Positions 42,482 through 53,700 of a stretch of 64,000 bases of DNA are shown here, in pieces (position 1 is the first letter of the stretch; the number at the start of each line of letters is the position of its first letter). Under the pieces are notes generated by a model. That model was given only the letters and a program-made list of their open reading frames with translations. It did no database searches and was not told the origin of the DNA. Where the stretch lies: assembly GCA_031416075.1 (NCBI GenBank), contig JANOSY010000091.1, forward strand, positions 1 to 64,000, read 5' to 3'. Made by a program: the position numbers and the translations under genes. The DNA is from Candidatus Tenderia sp. Lineage in GTDB: Bacteria; Pseudomonadota; Gammaproteobacteria; Tenderiales; Tenderiaceae.

Positions 42482-43294
42482 CTACAGGCCGCGCCGCAGA
42501 TTTCGGCCATAAAATATCTCCGCCATCTCGCGTTGCAACATCTGATCAATGACCGCCACCGTCTCTTCGTCCAGCTCATCCGGATGCAGATCAAAAAGGT
42601 AGTTATCAAGGTCGTACTCTTTCACTAACATCTTGGTGTGAAAGATATTTTCCTGATAAACATTTACATCAAGTGTCTGATACTTATCCTTGGTATCTGA
42701 GGATATGTAGTTCTGGATTGAGGTGATGTCGTGGTCAATAAAGTGTTTTTTGCCCGTCACGTCGCGGGTAAAACCACGCACCCGGTAGTCCATGATGACA
42801 ATATCGGAATCAAAGCTGTGGATCAGGTAGTTAAGCGCCTTCAGTGGCGAAATACGACCACAGGTGGAGACATCGATGTCAACACGGAAGGTGCTGACCC
42901 CCCCTTCCGGGTGGCTCTCCGGGTAGGTGTGCACGGTGATGTGGCTCTTATCCAGATGCGCCACAACCGATTCAGGCAGCGGGCCGGGGGTCTCTGCGTT
43001 AGAGATCGAGTCTGCAGCCACCGGCTCTTCAGAGATTAAGATGGTGACACTGGCCCCCTGGGGATCATAGTCCTGATGGGCAATGTTGAGGATGTTGGCA
43101 CCAATAATATCGGTCACCTTGGTCAAGATTTCGGTTAACCGTTCGGCGTTATAGACCTCATCGATATACTCAATATACTCCTCGTGCTGTTTTGGGGTGA
43201 CCGCGTAACAGATATCGTAGATATTGAAACTGAGTGTCTTGGTAAGATTATTGAAGCCGTGCAGTTTCAACTTTTCAATCTGTTTGATGGACAA
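42482..43294 (-). CDS. speD: S-adenosylmethionine decarboxylase proenzyme
   Basis: [29 protein letters not shown]. Confidence 0.95.
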   Translation of the reverse strand: MSIKQIEKLKLHGFNNLTKTLSFNIYDICYAVTPKQHEEYIEYIDEVYNAERLTEILTKVTDIIGANILNIAHQDYDPQGASVTILISEEPVAADSISNAETPGPLPESVVAHLDKSHITVHTYPESHPEGGVSTFRVDIDVSTCGRISPLKALNYLIHSFDSDIVIMDYRVRGFTRDVTGKKHFIDHDITSIQNYISSDTKDKYQTLDVNVYQENIFHTKMLVKEYDLDNYLFDLHPDELDEETVAVIDQMLQREMAEIFYGRNLRRGL

Positions 43295-43351
43295 TTGACG
43301 CCCCTCCTTGCTCGTATAAATACAGGCGCGGAATTATCCCCCATCCGCTTC

Positions 43352-43759
43352 TCACATGGAACCCTTATAGACAATCGGGGGGTGATAGATCATCTGCACG
43401 GTATTGGCGGCCGGGTCCAGACAGTAGAAGCTGCGGGCACCATCACGGTGGCTCCGTGGCGCGGTCTTCATGGGCACATCGTGGCCACGCAGAAAGTCAA
43501 ACCAGAGATCAACTTCGGCCTCTTCATCAATAATGAAGCCGATATGGTCAAGCCGCTGATCACCACGAGTGTCAAAACCTGCGGGGGCACGATGCAGCGC
43601 CAGGTTGTCGTTGCCGGAGGTGAGATAGAGGTTGTCACCATCGGGACGCCACTCTACCTTCATCCCCAGTAGCTCAACATAAAATGTCTCACACCCCTCC
43701 AGATCGCTCACAAACAGGGCAACATGGCGCATGCCTGAGGTCGGTTTAGGTCTGATCAT
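43352..43759 (-). CDS. VOC/glyoxalase family protein
   Basis: MRHVAL, LDHIGF, HRDGARSFYCLDP. Confidence 0.85.
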   Translation of the reverse strand: MIRPKPTSGMRHVALFVSDLEGCETFYVELLGMKVEWRPDGDNLYLTSGNDNLALHRAPAGFDTRGDQRLDHIGFIIDEEAEVDLWFDFLRGHDVPMKTAPRSHRDGARSFYCLDPAANTVQMIYHPPIVYKGSM

Positions 43760-44184
43760 GCGTCAGACTCCGCCTCACGCACCTCAAAGCCGTGGCTGAT
43801 CTCAACACTTTTACCCAGCATGATCGAGGCAGAACAGTACTTTTCCGCCGACAGCTCCACCGCCCGCTGCACCACACTCTCCTTCAAACCACGCCCCGTC
43901 ACAATGAAGTGCATATGGATTTTGGTGAACACTGCAGGCACGCCATCGGCACGCTCCGCCTCCAGCTCACAGACACAATCGCTCACCGGGTGACGCCCCT
44001 TACGCAGGATGTGAACCACATCATAAGCACTGCATCCGCCCGTTCCTAACAGCAACATCTCCATGGGACGGCAGCCCAGATTACGGCCACCACCATCGGC
44101 CGGACCATCCATGACCACAGCATGGCCACTGCCAGACTCGCCAACAAACATCGCCTCATCTACCCACTTCACACGCGCCTTCAT
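43756..44184 (-). CDS. OsmC family protein (YhfA-like)
   Basis: RPMEMLLLG.GGC, LSAEKYCSAS. Divergent from crp. Confidence 0.88.
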   Translation of the reverse strand: MKARVKWVDEAMFVGESGSGHAVVMDGPADGGGRNLGCRPMEMLLLGTGGCSAYDVVHILRKGRHPVSDCVCELEAERADGVPAVFTKIHMHFIVTGRGLKESVVQRAVELSAEKYCSASIMLGKSVEISHGFEVREAESDA

Positions 44185-44290
44185 CTGCTATTCCTTTTTG
44201 CGGCTCTATTAAAAAACCAATGATAACTCAAAGCTTGATCGATATTGGCCGATAGATATCCGTACCGCTCATAGACCCACGGGAAGAGAC

Positions 44291-44950
44291 ATGACGCCGC
44301 TGATCAAGATAAAAATTGAACCAAACCCTGTTATTGATAAATTTTTGTCACACTGCCACCGCCGCAACTACCCCAAAAAGAGCATTATTATCCACGGTGG
44401 CGACACACCAAACTCGCTCTATTACATCACCAAGGGGTCGGTCAGTGTCATTGCCGAGGATGACAGTGGCCATGAAATTGTGCTGGCGTATCTAAATAGT
44501 GGTGCCTTTTTTGGTGAGATGGGACTGTTCAGCCATGGCCCGGAGCGCAGTGCCTGGATTCGTGCCCGTGAGGAGTGTGAGGTGGCGGAGATCAGTTACG
44601 ACCGTTTTCGCCAAGTAGCCACCGCCGAGCCGGAGCTGATCTTCAAACTGGCCTCGCAGATGGCACTGCGGCTGCGACGCACATCCAGCATGGTTACCCG
44701 TCTCGCCTTTATGGATGTCAGCGGCCGGATTGCCCGTACACTGCTGGACCTGACCAGAGAACCGGACGCCATGACCCACCCCAATGGCATGCAGATCCGC
44801 ATCACCCGCCAGGAGCTGGGGCGTATTGTGGGTTGCTCACGGGAGATGGTAGGGCGGGTACTCAAAAGCATGGAGGCTCAAGGGCTGATTACCGCCAAGG
44901 GCAAGACCATTGTGGTCAACGGTGCCCGCCAGGAGCCTATCAAGCCTTAA
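44291..44950 (+). CDS. crp: cAMP receptor protein CRP/Vfr
   Basis: FFGEMGLF..ERSAW, HTH ITRQELGRIVGCSREMVGRVLK. Confidence 0.93.
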   Translation: MTPLIKIKIEPNPVIDKFLSHCHRRNYPKKSIIIHGGDTPNSLYYITKGSVSVIAEDDSGHEIVLAYLNSGAFFGEMGLFSHGPERSAWIRAREECEVAEISYDRFRQVATAEPELIFKLASQMALRLRRTSSMVTRLAFMDVSGRIARTLLDLTREPDAMTHPNGMQIRITRQELGRIVGCSREMVGRVLKSMEAQGLITAKGKTIVVNGARQEPIKP

Positions 44951-46191
44951 AACTGCAGGCCAATCCGGCCCGAAAAGTCCAACCCATCCTGATTGATTGA
45001 CATTCCAACATCTGCCACCGCGCCAAACAGCCCAAAGCCGCTGCCGATCGTCATCATGCTGGTTTTAGTATTGCTGATATTGTGGCGGTAACCACCACGC
45101 AGACGCACATTTTTGGTCAGTGACAGCTCCCCGCCCACGCTCAGGTATTGACTGTTTGCCCCCAGCCCCACGGCCTTGGCCTCGTTAAGATCAAGATCCA
45201 GTGCCGTTGCAAACCATTCGCTACTATGGGTGACGCCCATGCGCGCCTGCGGCTGAATCCTGATAGCCCCGCCTGCCAACGCTGTTGGGTAGCGGTGAGA
45301 GATCAGGTTTTTAACCGCCAGACCACCCCGCCAGCCCCCATCACGCTTTGCGATCACCCCCAGATCGACGTTATAGCTGGGGTAGTGCTGCTGTCCACTC
45401 TGGCCGTCATATGAGGCGTTGACTAGCGACTGCAGTGAGTCAAAGGTGGTCACATCCACATACTTGGGGGTAATGCCCACCTCCAGTGTCTGCCCACGCC
45501 ACTCCACCTCGCGCACCATCGCCAGACCGACCTCGCGAATCATCGCGCCACGGGAGTGCATCCGGCTCAGCATATTACGTCCAGGGCCACTAATGACGAT
45601 ATTAAACACCTCATCGTCCGGCCCTTTTTCCGTTTTGTTCAACCCATCATCTATCAACGCCACAAACCGTGCCCGCTCTTGTGCCACGTTCACCAGGCGG
45701 GCACCGCCCACCGTCTGCTGCTGCACCACCAGGGTCATCGGTCTATCTGGCAGGCTCACCGCCAGCCCCAAACTCACCTCCCGCTCAATGGAGCGAGAAG
45801 CGAAACGGTTCAACTGGGTCACCATGTTCTGTGTCGCTGTTGCCAGATTAGTACGCGGGGTGGATGTGGCTGAGTCAGCTTTAAAGGCGATCAGCGCCGC
45901 CTCAAACAGCGACTCGATCTCGTCACTCTGGTAGTTATCAACCTCATCCTGCAGATTCTGGGGGTCAGAAAACCGCAATACCGCCGCCGCCTCCATCTCC
46001 CGTTGTGGCTGACTCCCTGGCACCAACGCGGGGTTGGTGAACACCGCGCTGGCACTGGGCATCGCCGCCACCCCCGCCCCGCCCATGGCGTTGGCACGGA
46101 CATCAAATGAGATAAACGGCACCGCCTGCGCCTCCACCGAGCACAACAGCAACCCCAGCGCCAACACCCGTTTATGCCCCATCCACCCCAT
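44947..46191 (-). CDS. TraF-like (FadL/PorV-type) outer-membrane beta-barrel, paralog 2
   Basis: DVRANAMGGAGVA..NPAL N-terminal motif, GITPKY, C-terminal IGLQF. Confidence 0.7.
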   Translation of the reverse strand: MGWMGHKRVLALGLLLCSVEAQAVPFISFDVRANAMGGAGVAAMPSASAVFTNPALVPGSQPQREMEAAAVLRFSDPQNLQDEVDNYQSDEIESLFEAALIAFKADSATSTPRTNLATATQNMVTQLNRFASRSIEREVSLGLAVSLPDRPMTLVVQQQTVGGARLVNVAQERARFVALIDDGLNKTEKGPDDEVFNIVISGPGRNMLSRMHSRGAMIREVGLAMVREVEWRGQTLEVGITPKYVDVTTFDSLQSLVNASYDGQSGQQHYPSYNVDLGVIAKRDGGWRGGLAVKNLISHRYPTALAGGAIRIQPQARMGVTHSSEWFATALDLDLNEAKAVGLGANSQYLSVGGELSLTKNVRLRGGYRHNISNTKTSMMTIGSGFGLFGAVADVGMSINQDGLDFSGRIGLQF

Positions 46192-46270
46192 GCCCAGATC
46201 CCTGAATCTACTATTGATAGTGTGTTGTGCAGTGTACCCGAAAGCGTTGCCCGACCAGAACCGCATAACG

Positions 46271-46300
46271 AAAAAACCCCGCATCAAGCGGGGTCTGTTT
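46271..46300 (-). terminator. Intrinsic terminator between the TraF-like paralogs
   Basis: ACCCCGC/GCGGGGT stem with T6 tail on the minus strand. Confidence 0.6.
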
Positions 46301-46317
46301 ACACCATCAAGCCATTA

Positions 46318-47607
46318 CTAGAAGCGAAAACCCAGCTGCACAGCTGCCGCAGTCTCGGACTCATTAGCCGCCGCCGCAATATCAATATGCACGCCAAACG
46401 GTGAGAGTCCCAAGCCAACCGTCGGCATACTGGTGCTGGAGTCACTCATGTTATGACGATACCCCAGGCGCAACTGGACCGACTTAAAGACATTCAACTC
46501 CGCCCCCAAACCGATGTACTGTGTCTCCGCATCAAAACCAAACGATTCACTCTTGTTCAGATCCACGTCCACAGAGACGGTTGTCCACTCGGCAAAGTGC
46601 GCCACCCCTACCCGCGCCTGCGGCGCAATTTTCAGGGTAGCGACCGCCGGAGTGGTCAGGCCGGGGGTCACATATGGCGCGGTATCATACTCATTTGAGA
46701 TCAGGTTTTTGACCACCATGCCAACCTTCCAGCCGTTGGCGTAATCCTTAGCAATACCGATATCCAAATTAAAGTCGTTGTACTCTTTTTTGCCCTGCTC
46801 GGCGTCGATCGAGGCGGTATTGACCCCCATCTTGTAGTCAAACGTACTCACCGATTGGTATTTGGGGGTTATCCCCACCGCAAAACCCTGGCCGACCACC
46901 GTAAACTCCCGCGCCAGTGTCAACCCCACTTCCGCAACAACCGCGCCACGCGCCTGCAGATTTGAGGTGAGCTTTTTTACCACGTCCTGGCCTGCAGCCT
47001 GGTCCATGATGTCCGAGTTGGTGGCCAGCGCAATGGCAGAGTTATTGCCATCAGCAATGATTCCATTCACCAGTGTATTATCGGCGGCTGTCACCTCCAG
47101 CATGCCCCCCCCCACTACCCGTGCGTTGGTGGAGAGTGAGACCCCTAGCTTTTTACTGGGAATCCCCACCACAAAGCCAGCACTAAACTCCCCTTGCGCC
47201 GACTTGTTGGCAAGTTTGTTCAGCTGCGTCCAAAGCGCCCCGGCCTCCACCGCCACTGCGGCGGCATTGCCATCGGTGGGCATCGCACTAAAAGCATTGA
47301 TGGCGGCGGTCAGGTTCGACTCCAGATTGTTATTTTGATAGCTATCAATCTCATCCACCAGGTTGTGCTCATCCATAAACCGCCCGCCGATAATGGGAAG
47401 TTCAAGACTGAAGTCATCATCCTGCTGCGTGGCCGCCAGCAACGCCGGATTCATAAAGGCGGCATTGCCGCTGCTGCCCGCCGCCGTCCCGGTGCCACCC
47501 ATGGAGAGCGAGCGGGGATCAATCGACTGAAAGGGCAGTGCTGCCGCCTGCGCAGAAAACAGTACCAGCAGTGGCACCACACTTTTAAACATTGTTTTAT
47601 GACTCAT
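46318..47607 (-). CDS. TraF-like (FadL/PorV-type) outer-membrane beta-barrel, paralog 1
   Basis: DPRSLSMGGTGTA..NPALL, GITPKY, GLGLSPFG, C-terminal LGFRF. Confidence 0.75.
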   Translation of the reverse strand: MSHKTMFKSVVPLLVLFSAQAAALPFQSIDPRSLSMGGTGTAAGSSGNAAFMNPALLAATQQDDDFSLELPIIGGRFMDEHNLVDEIDSYQNNNLESNLTAAINAFSAMPTDGNAAAVAVEAGALWTQLNKLANKSAQGEFSAGFVVGIPSKKLGVSLSTNARVVGGGMLEVTAADNTLVNGIIADGNNSAIALATNSDIMDQAAGQDVVKKLTSNLQARGAVVAEVGLTLAREFTVVGQGFAVGITPKYQSVSTFDYKMGVNTASIDAEQGKKEYNDFNLDIGIAKDYANGWKVGMVVKNLISNEYDTAPYVTPGLTTPAVATLKIAPQARVGVAHFAEWTTVSVDVDLNKSESFGFDAETQYIGLGAELNVFKSVQLRLGYRHNMSDSSTSMPTVGLGLSPFGVHIDIAAAANESETAAAVQLGFRF

Positions 47608-47690
47608 GAATATAGTTACCTGATTGATAGCCGTGTCCAGACACATGTACCGGGCTATCGGCACCCGGTAGAGCGGCCTTTAAATCGCCA

Positions 47691-48485
47691 TCAAAAAAAG
47701 AGGATTTTTAGCGCTTCACCCGGCTCAGGGGCGCGCATAAAGGCCTCCCCCACCAGGAAGGCATTGATGTTATGACTCCGCATAAACTCCACATCCGCCG
47801 GGGTATGAATGCCACTCTCTGTTACCACAATCCGGTCACGGGGGATCTGCTGCAGCAGCTCAGTAGTGGTGGTCAGGCGGGTCTCAAAGGTTCGCAGATC
47901 ACGGTTATTGATGCCGATCAATTTCATGGGCAGCTTGAGCGCCCGTGCCAGTTCATGACCATCGTGCACCTCCACCAGCACATCCATCCCTAAGTGGGTC
48001 GCCAGCTGGCTCAACTCCAGCAGCATGGTATCGCCCAGTGCCGCAACAATCAGCAGGATGGCGTCGGCCCCCATCACACGGGCCTCATAAACCTGATAAG
48101 GATCAATAATAAAATCCTTGCGGATCACCGGCAGCCCACACGCACCACGGGCCTGTTTGAGATGCTCTTCATGGCCCTGAAAAAAATCGGCGTCGGTCAG
48201 TACTGAGAGGCAAGCCGCACCCCCTTTTTCATAAGAAACAGCAATCTCGGCGGGACGAAAATTTTCCCGCAGCAACCCCTTGCTGGGTGACGCCTTTTTA
48301 ATCTCAGCAATCACCGCCGCGCTGCCGTCAGCCAGTTTTTTTTCAATGGCCGCAACAAAACCACGGGGCGGTGAAGCGGCCTGTGCCAGTAACATCAGCT
48401 CACGCAGGGGCAGGCTGCTGCTGCGCTCTACTACCTCCTCCACCTTGCGTTGCAGGATCTTTTTCAGGATATCGGACTGGCTCAT
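47691..48485 (-). CDS. trpC: Indole-3-glycerol phosphate synthase
   Basis: [29 protein letters not shown]. Confidence 0.96.
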   Translation of the reverse strand: MSQSDILKKILQRKVEEVVERSSSLPLRELMLLAQAASPPRGFVAAIEKKLADGSAAVIAEIKKASPSKGLLRENFRPAEIAVSYEKGGAACLSVLTDADFFQGHEEHLKQARGACGLPVIRKDFIIDPYQVYEARVMGADAILLIVAALGDTMLLELSQLATHLGMDVLVEVHDGHELARALKLPMKLIGINNRDLRTFETRLTTTTELLQQIPRDRIVVTESGIHTPADVEFMRSHNINAFLVGEAFMRAPEPGEALKILFF

Positions 48486-49522
48486 GTTATCTGTTTTCCA
48501 GAGAGTTGCTGACTCAGCGCCACCAACGCATCAAGTTTGGCACGGGCCGCCCCTGATGCAATGACCTCAACGGCACGTTGAACACCAGCGGCCAGGGTCT
48601 CGGCAAGCCCCGCTACGTAGATCGCGGCACCGGCATTCAGGACAACGATGTCACGCGCTGGCCCCGCCTGGTTGGCAAACACTGCTTTGATCATCGCCAG
48701 ACTACTCGCCGCCCCGTCTACCGCCAGGGTAGTGATGCTGGCGCGACTCATACCAAACTGTTCGGGCGTGAGGGTATGGCGTATCACCTCCCCCCCCTTC
48801 AACTCAGCCACCTGAGTCGCTGCACCGATACTGATCTCATCCATGCCGTCGTCAGAGTGCACCACCAATACGTGACGGCTGCCAAGCCGCGCCAGCACCT
48901 CGGCCAACGGCATTAGCCAGCGTTCGCTGAATACACCCAGCACCTGATTCGGAGCAGCGGCTGGATTGGTCAGTGGCCCCAGCACATTAAAAAGGGTCCG
49001 CACCCCCATTTCACGCCGCACGCTCGCGGTATATTTCATGGCACCGTGATGTTTAGGCGCGAACATAAAACCAACCCCGATCTGCTCAACACACTGCGCC
49101 ACCTGCGCGGCGGTTAGCTCAAGGCAGACCCCCGCCGCCTCCAGCACATCGGCACTGCCAGACTTGCTTGAGATAGAGCGGTTGCCATGTTTGGCCACCT
49201 GACCGCCGGCCGCCGCCACCACAAAGGCGCTGGCGGTAGAGATATTAAAGGTTGCAGAACCATCCCCACCCGTACCACAGGTATCCACCAGGTGCTGACA
49301 ACCACCCCCTATCTGTACCGGTGTTGCCAACGCCCGCATCACCCCAACGGCGGCGGCAATCTCATCCACCGTCTCGCCCTTCATTCGCAGTCCGATCAGA
49401 AAGCCCCCCATCTGCGCCGGGGTGGCTGCGCCACTCATGATTAAACCCATCACCTCAGCCATCTCCGTGGCACTCAGGTCGTGCCCCTCGGTAACGGCGT
49501 AGATGGCGGCTTGCATATCCAT
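48482..49522 (-). CDS. trpD: Anthranilate phosphoribosyltransferase
   Basis: [34 protein letters not shown]. Confidence 0.96.
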   Translation of the reverse strand: MDMQAAIYAVTEGHDLSATEMAEVMGLIMSGAATPAQMGGFLIGLRMKGETVDEIAAAVGVMRALATPVQIGGGCQHLVDTCGTGGDGSATFNISTASAFVVAAAGGQVAKHGNRSISSKSGSADVLEAAGVCLELTAAQVAQCVEQIGVGFMFAPKHHGAMKYTASVRREMGVRTLFNVLGPLTNPAAAPNQVLGVFSERWLMPLAEVLARLGSRHVLVVHSDDGMDEISIGAATQVAELKGGEVIRHTLTPEQFGMSRASITTLAVDGAASSLAMIKAVFANQAGPARDIVVLNAGAAIYVAGLAETLAAGVQRAVEVIASGAARAKLDALVALSQQLSGKQIT

Positions 49523-49588
49523 AACGTATCCCTTTTGGTGTTTTATATTTTTTTAGAACCTACAACAGCGGCGGGGGCGTGTTCAATC

Positions 49589-49924
49589 TCAGGGCCTTGC
49601 CTCAAGCTCTATGGTCATCACTGCATGTTTCAGGGTGCTACCACGCTCGGCGCGGCAACTGACCTGCGCCGTTGTATCCTCAACACGCCATTCACCTTGT
49701 ACAACAATGCTACGCCCCTCATCCCACCAGGAGGCCGTCCAATTATACGGGGTGATATTTCGCTCTTTAAAATAGTAGGCCGATTTTTTCTTGCACCACA
49801 CCTTGACCACTGCCGAGCTATCAACGTGCTGCTTTTCGTCATCGTCCACATCGGTCGCGACTACTTGAGTCGTGACCACACATAACGACAGGCCAATGGC
49901 CAACCACAATGAGCGATGTATCAT
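49589..49924 (-). CDS. Small secreted hypothetical protein
   Basis: Signal-like N-terminus, two Cys in the mature part, ATGA overlap with the trpG stop. Confidence 0.55.
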   Translation of the reverse strand: MIHRSLWLAIGLSLCVVTTQVVATDVDDDEKQHVDSSAVVKVWCKKKSAYYFKERNITPYNWTASWWDEGRSIVVQGEWRVEDTTAQVSCRAERGSTLKHAVMTIELEARP

Positions 49925-50514
49925 GCGGGCTGCCTGTCCTGTTCCAGAAAGTTACGCAACAATTGGTGGCCATGCTGGGTCAAGATCGATTCAGGATGGA
50001 ACTGCACCCCTTCTAGGGCGAGTGTTCTGTGGCGCACCCCCATGATTTCATCAACACCACCATCAGCCATCTCTGTCCAGGCGGTAATCTCCAGACACTC
50101 AGGCAATGTCTCCCGCTCAATCACCAGCGAGTGGTAACGGGTCGCCTCAAACGGGTTATCCAACCCGTTAAAAACACCGATGTTATTGTGTCTTACTGGC
50201 GATGTCTTACCATGCATGATCTGTTTGGCGTGCACCACCTTGCCGCCAAAGGCTTGGCCAATCGCCTGATGGCCAAGGCAAACCCCCAGGATGGGCAGCT
50301 TACCGGCAAAGTAGTTAATGGCGGCAACTGAAATACCCGCCTCGTTGGGCGTGCATGGCCCGGGGGAGATCACCAGATGTGCGGGGGCCAACCGCTCTAT
50401 CTCTTCGATGGTGATCTGGTCATTACGATGGACCTGCACATCGGCACCCAACTCACCAAAATACTGCACTAGGTTGTAGGTGAAGGAGTCATAGTTATCA
50501 ATCATCAGCAACAT
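49921..50514 (-). CDS. trpG: Anthranilate synthase component II (glutamine amidotransferase)
   Basis: [28 protein letters not shown]. Confidence 0.93.
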   Translation of the reverse strand: MLLMIDNYDSFTYNLVQYFGELGADVQVHRNDQITIEEIERLAPAHLVISPGPCTPNEAGISVAAINYFAGKLPILGVCLGHQAIGQAFGGKVVHAKQIMHGKTSPVRHNNIGVFNGLDNPFEATRYHSLVIERETLPECLEITAWTEMADGGVDEIMGVRHRTLALEGVQFHPESILTQHGHQLLRNFLEQDRQPA

Positions 50515-50755
50515 TGTTTATTCACCCCTGGCCAACTAAATTTAGCGGCACATTCTACCATGAAAAATAAAACCGCCACTCCAAAGCCACTATGATCGCC
50601 CGCCCCATTTGGGGGCCATTTGCTCCCCCGCACCACAACTACCCCACTAAAAAAAGCTATGCTACACTCGCCCGCGACATTCAGATGATGATGACTCTTC
50701 ATTGACGTCCACTCACCAAGCCACCGGTACCATTACAAGAGACGGAAGAATACTT

Positions 50756-53700
50756 TTGGAATTGCGTCACCGTCCCAGCCCTTTCATCAGCCGCGTCGCC
50801 GCCAGTCTACTGGCACTTGTTCTATCGTTTAGCGCCGTCAACGTTTATGCCGAGCCATTCAGCGAGTATGACCTACTCCTGCTCGACTTCACCCTGGAAC
50901 GTGAGCGTTTAGCCCAATCCGTCACCGCCTATACTGTTAACAACACCATAGTGGTTTCACTGGCCGAGGCCGCCGCTGCCCTGGAGTTCCCTATCGCTGT
51001 TGATGCCGCTAACGGCACCGCAAAGGGATGGTTTCTAAACAGGGAGCGCCATTTTGAACTCAACATCAACGCTGGCACAGTCACCATTGAAGGCAAAACA
51101 ACTGCCTTAACACCCGGCGACGCCATGGTTCATGAAGATGCCATATATGTCCCACTCGAGGCGTTTTCCCGTTGGTTTCCGGCAACCCTTATACCGGAGC
51201 TTACCAAAATGGCCGTTGAGGTTGAGGCGCGGGAGCCGCTCCCCATCCAGCATCGCGCAGAACGTCGCAAGCTGGCCGGCACACGCTTCATTATGACAGC
51301 AGCATCACTCCCTGAAATAGGGCTGCCCTACCAACTAATTGGCCCTCACACCACCGATCTGGCATTGGCATACAACATTCGCCGCAATGCCGACACCAAT
51401 AGCTCGCCCGATGCCAGCCTAAACCACTCGATGCTGATACGTGGCGAACTTGCTTACATGAATTCCGCCATCTACCTGAATGGTAACGACACAAAGCCTG
51501 TGAGCCAGGCCCGCCTGACCCTGTCACGCGACCGGCCTGACACACCAACCGGCATCAGCCGAATAGAGTTCGGCGATATTTCGCCATCGGTACTCTCGGG
51601 TGCCCCCCAAACCGATATAGAGCGCGGCGTGCTGATCAGAGGCTCCACTTTCCAGGATGCATACCTCTACAATCTCGACGGCACCAAAACAAACATCAGC
51701 GGCGACATCCTGCCCGGCTGGGAAGTAGAATTACTGCATAACGGCATACGTGTTGATTACCAGATCATCGGCCCTGAAGGTCGTTATGACTTTCGCGACC
51801 TGGATCTTTACAGTGGCGCCAATACCTTTGAGCTAATTTTCTATGGCCTTGCCGGTGAACGACGCACGGAAATCGTCACTCGCTACGCCGGAGTGGACAC
51901 CATCCGCGAAGGTAACCTCAGTTATCAACTCACCGCCTCGCAAAAGGGAAAATCACTTTACGAAACCGGATTAAATCCAATTAACAATCTGCCTGATCGA
52001 GGCACAGGGCGTTACACCGCACGAATGGATTATGGCCTCTCTGGCAATCTATCCGTTCGTAGCGGTTGGAATAGCACTGTCGAAAACGATGAACGGCTAA
52101 ACTACTACAGCGCCGGATTTCGCACCGGTTGGCGCGACCTTTATCTAATCCTCGACGCCACACGCGACCCCCTGGGGGGTACCATTTGGGACGGGGCAGT
52201 TCACACGCCAGTCACCATGCGTCTGTGGGGATTTAATACCCAGTTTCAACACACCCAGTACGCCAACTCTGTCCTCGCCAAAGACAATACCACTGATCTC
52301 CAGATCACAAGCCGCAGCGCTGTTGTGTTAACCAGGGCCAGCAGAAAACTCTCCAGCCGTTTTGCCGCTGCCCACAACCAGCTCACCCTCGGCTCGACCA
52401 CGATCTATTCCGCCGACCTAAGCACAAATATCAATACTCACCGCATCGGCAACACCCTTAACTATCAAAATTTCAATAACCCGAACACCCCAGATCAACC
52501 CGCAGAGTTCATCGGCAACCTCTACCTCAACAGCAGACTTAACCCCTTTGATATACGCGGCAACATCCTCTATCAGCTCCAACCCAAAAATGAACCCCTG
52601 CAATACCAACTCAAAGCAGACCTGCGCATTTCTCAGGACATGGGCATGTATTTTGGGCTGGACTACACCCCGCTCACTGACCTCACACTCTATACCTCAG
52701 GGCTGAACTGGCAACTCAAATACCTCACCCTCTCACCACGACTCAACTATGATTCCAATAGCAACTACACCGGATTTATTTACGCCAGCACATCACTGTC
52801 CCCCAAACCTGACCGTTTGGGCGTCTTGGTTAGCGGCCAATCCATGGCCAATAACGGCGGCGTGGCCGCGCGTGTCTTTGTCGATAATGACAACAACAAC
52901 AAATTCAACCCAGGTGACACACCGATCCCCCATGTTGATGTCTACGCCTCTCAAGCATTCAGCCACGCAACAACCGATAAACACGGCACCGCCTACCTGA
53001 CTGCGCTACGCCCTGGCAAGGCCACCGACATTCGTCTCGATCAAGGCACGCTACCCAACATATCGCTGATCTCCAACCACGCCGGCAACTCGGTACAACC
53101 ACGCCCGGCCCGTTGGGCAGTGGTCGATTTTCCCGTCATTGCCAGTGGCGAGATCGACGGCACACTCTACCAGCGGCGCGACAATACGCTCCGCCCCCAG
53201 CCCGGCATGTTGGTAGAGCTGCGTGATGTCAATAACGAGGTGGCTGCCTTCAAGATTAGTGGCCGCGATGGTTTTTTCCTCTTCGAACAAGTCCCCCTGG
53301 GTGCCTATACCGTCACACTCGCTGAAGAGGCCCGCGACCGTCTGACCTCTCCACCCGCCCACGTCAAACTAAGCCAGGAAACCCCCAGCCAAACGGGCAT
53401 CGAACTTGTTCTATCAGCGCCAAAAGCCGCCCAGGCAACGCTGTTTCCCACGCAAAAAAACCGTGTATTTGTACCCACCACCCAGCAAACAACACCAGCC
53501 CCCACACTCAACAACCCTGCTAAGGCAGCCCCTACAGCGCCCATAACCACTCTGGCCACCTCCTACGTGCTACAGCTGGGTGCATTTAACAGCCAAGCCT
53601 CAGCAGCGGCAGCATCAACAGAGCTACGTCAGCGTTACAACAACCTGCTACAGGGGCTGGAGATGCAAATCGAACGCGCCGACCTAGGCCCCAAGGGGGT

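Noticed and set aside
44947-47607. Conjugative element suggested by the TraF-like genes
   Set aside because: No relaxase, coupling protein or other T4SS gene; the flanks are housekeeping genes.
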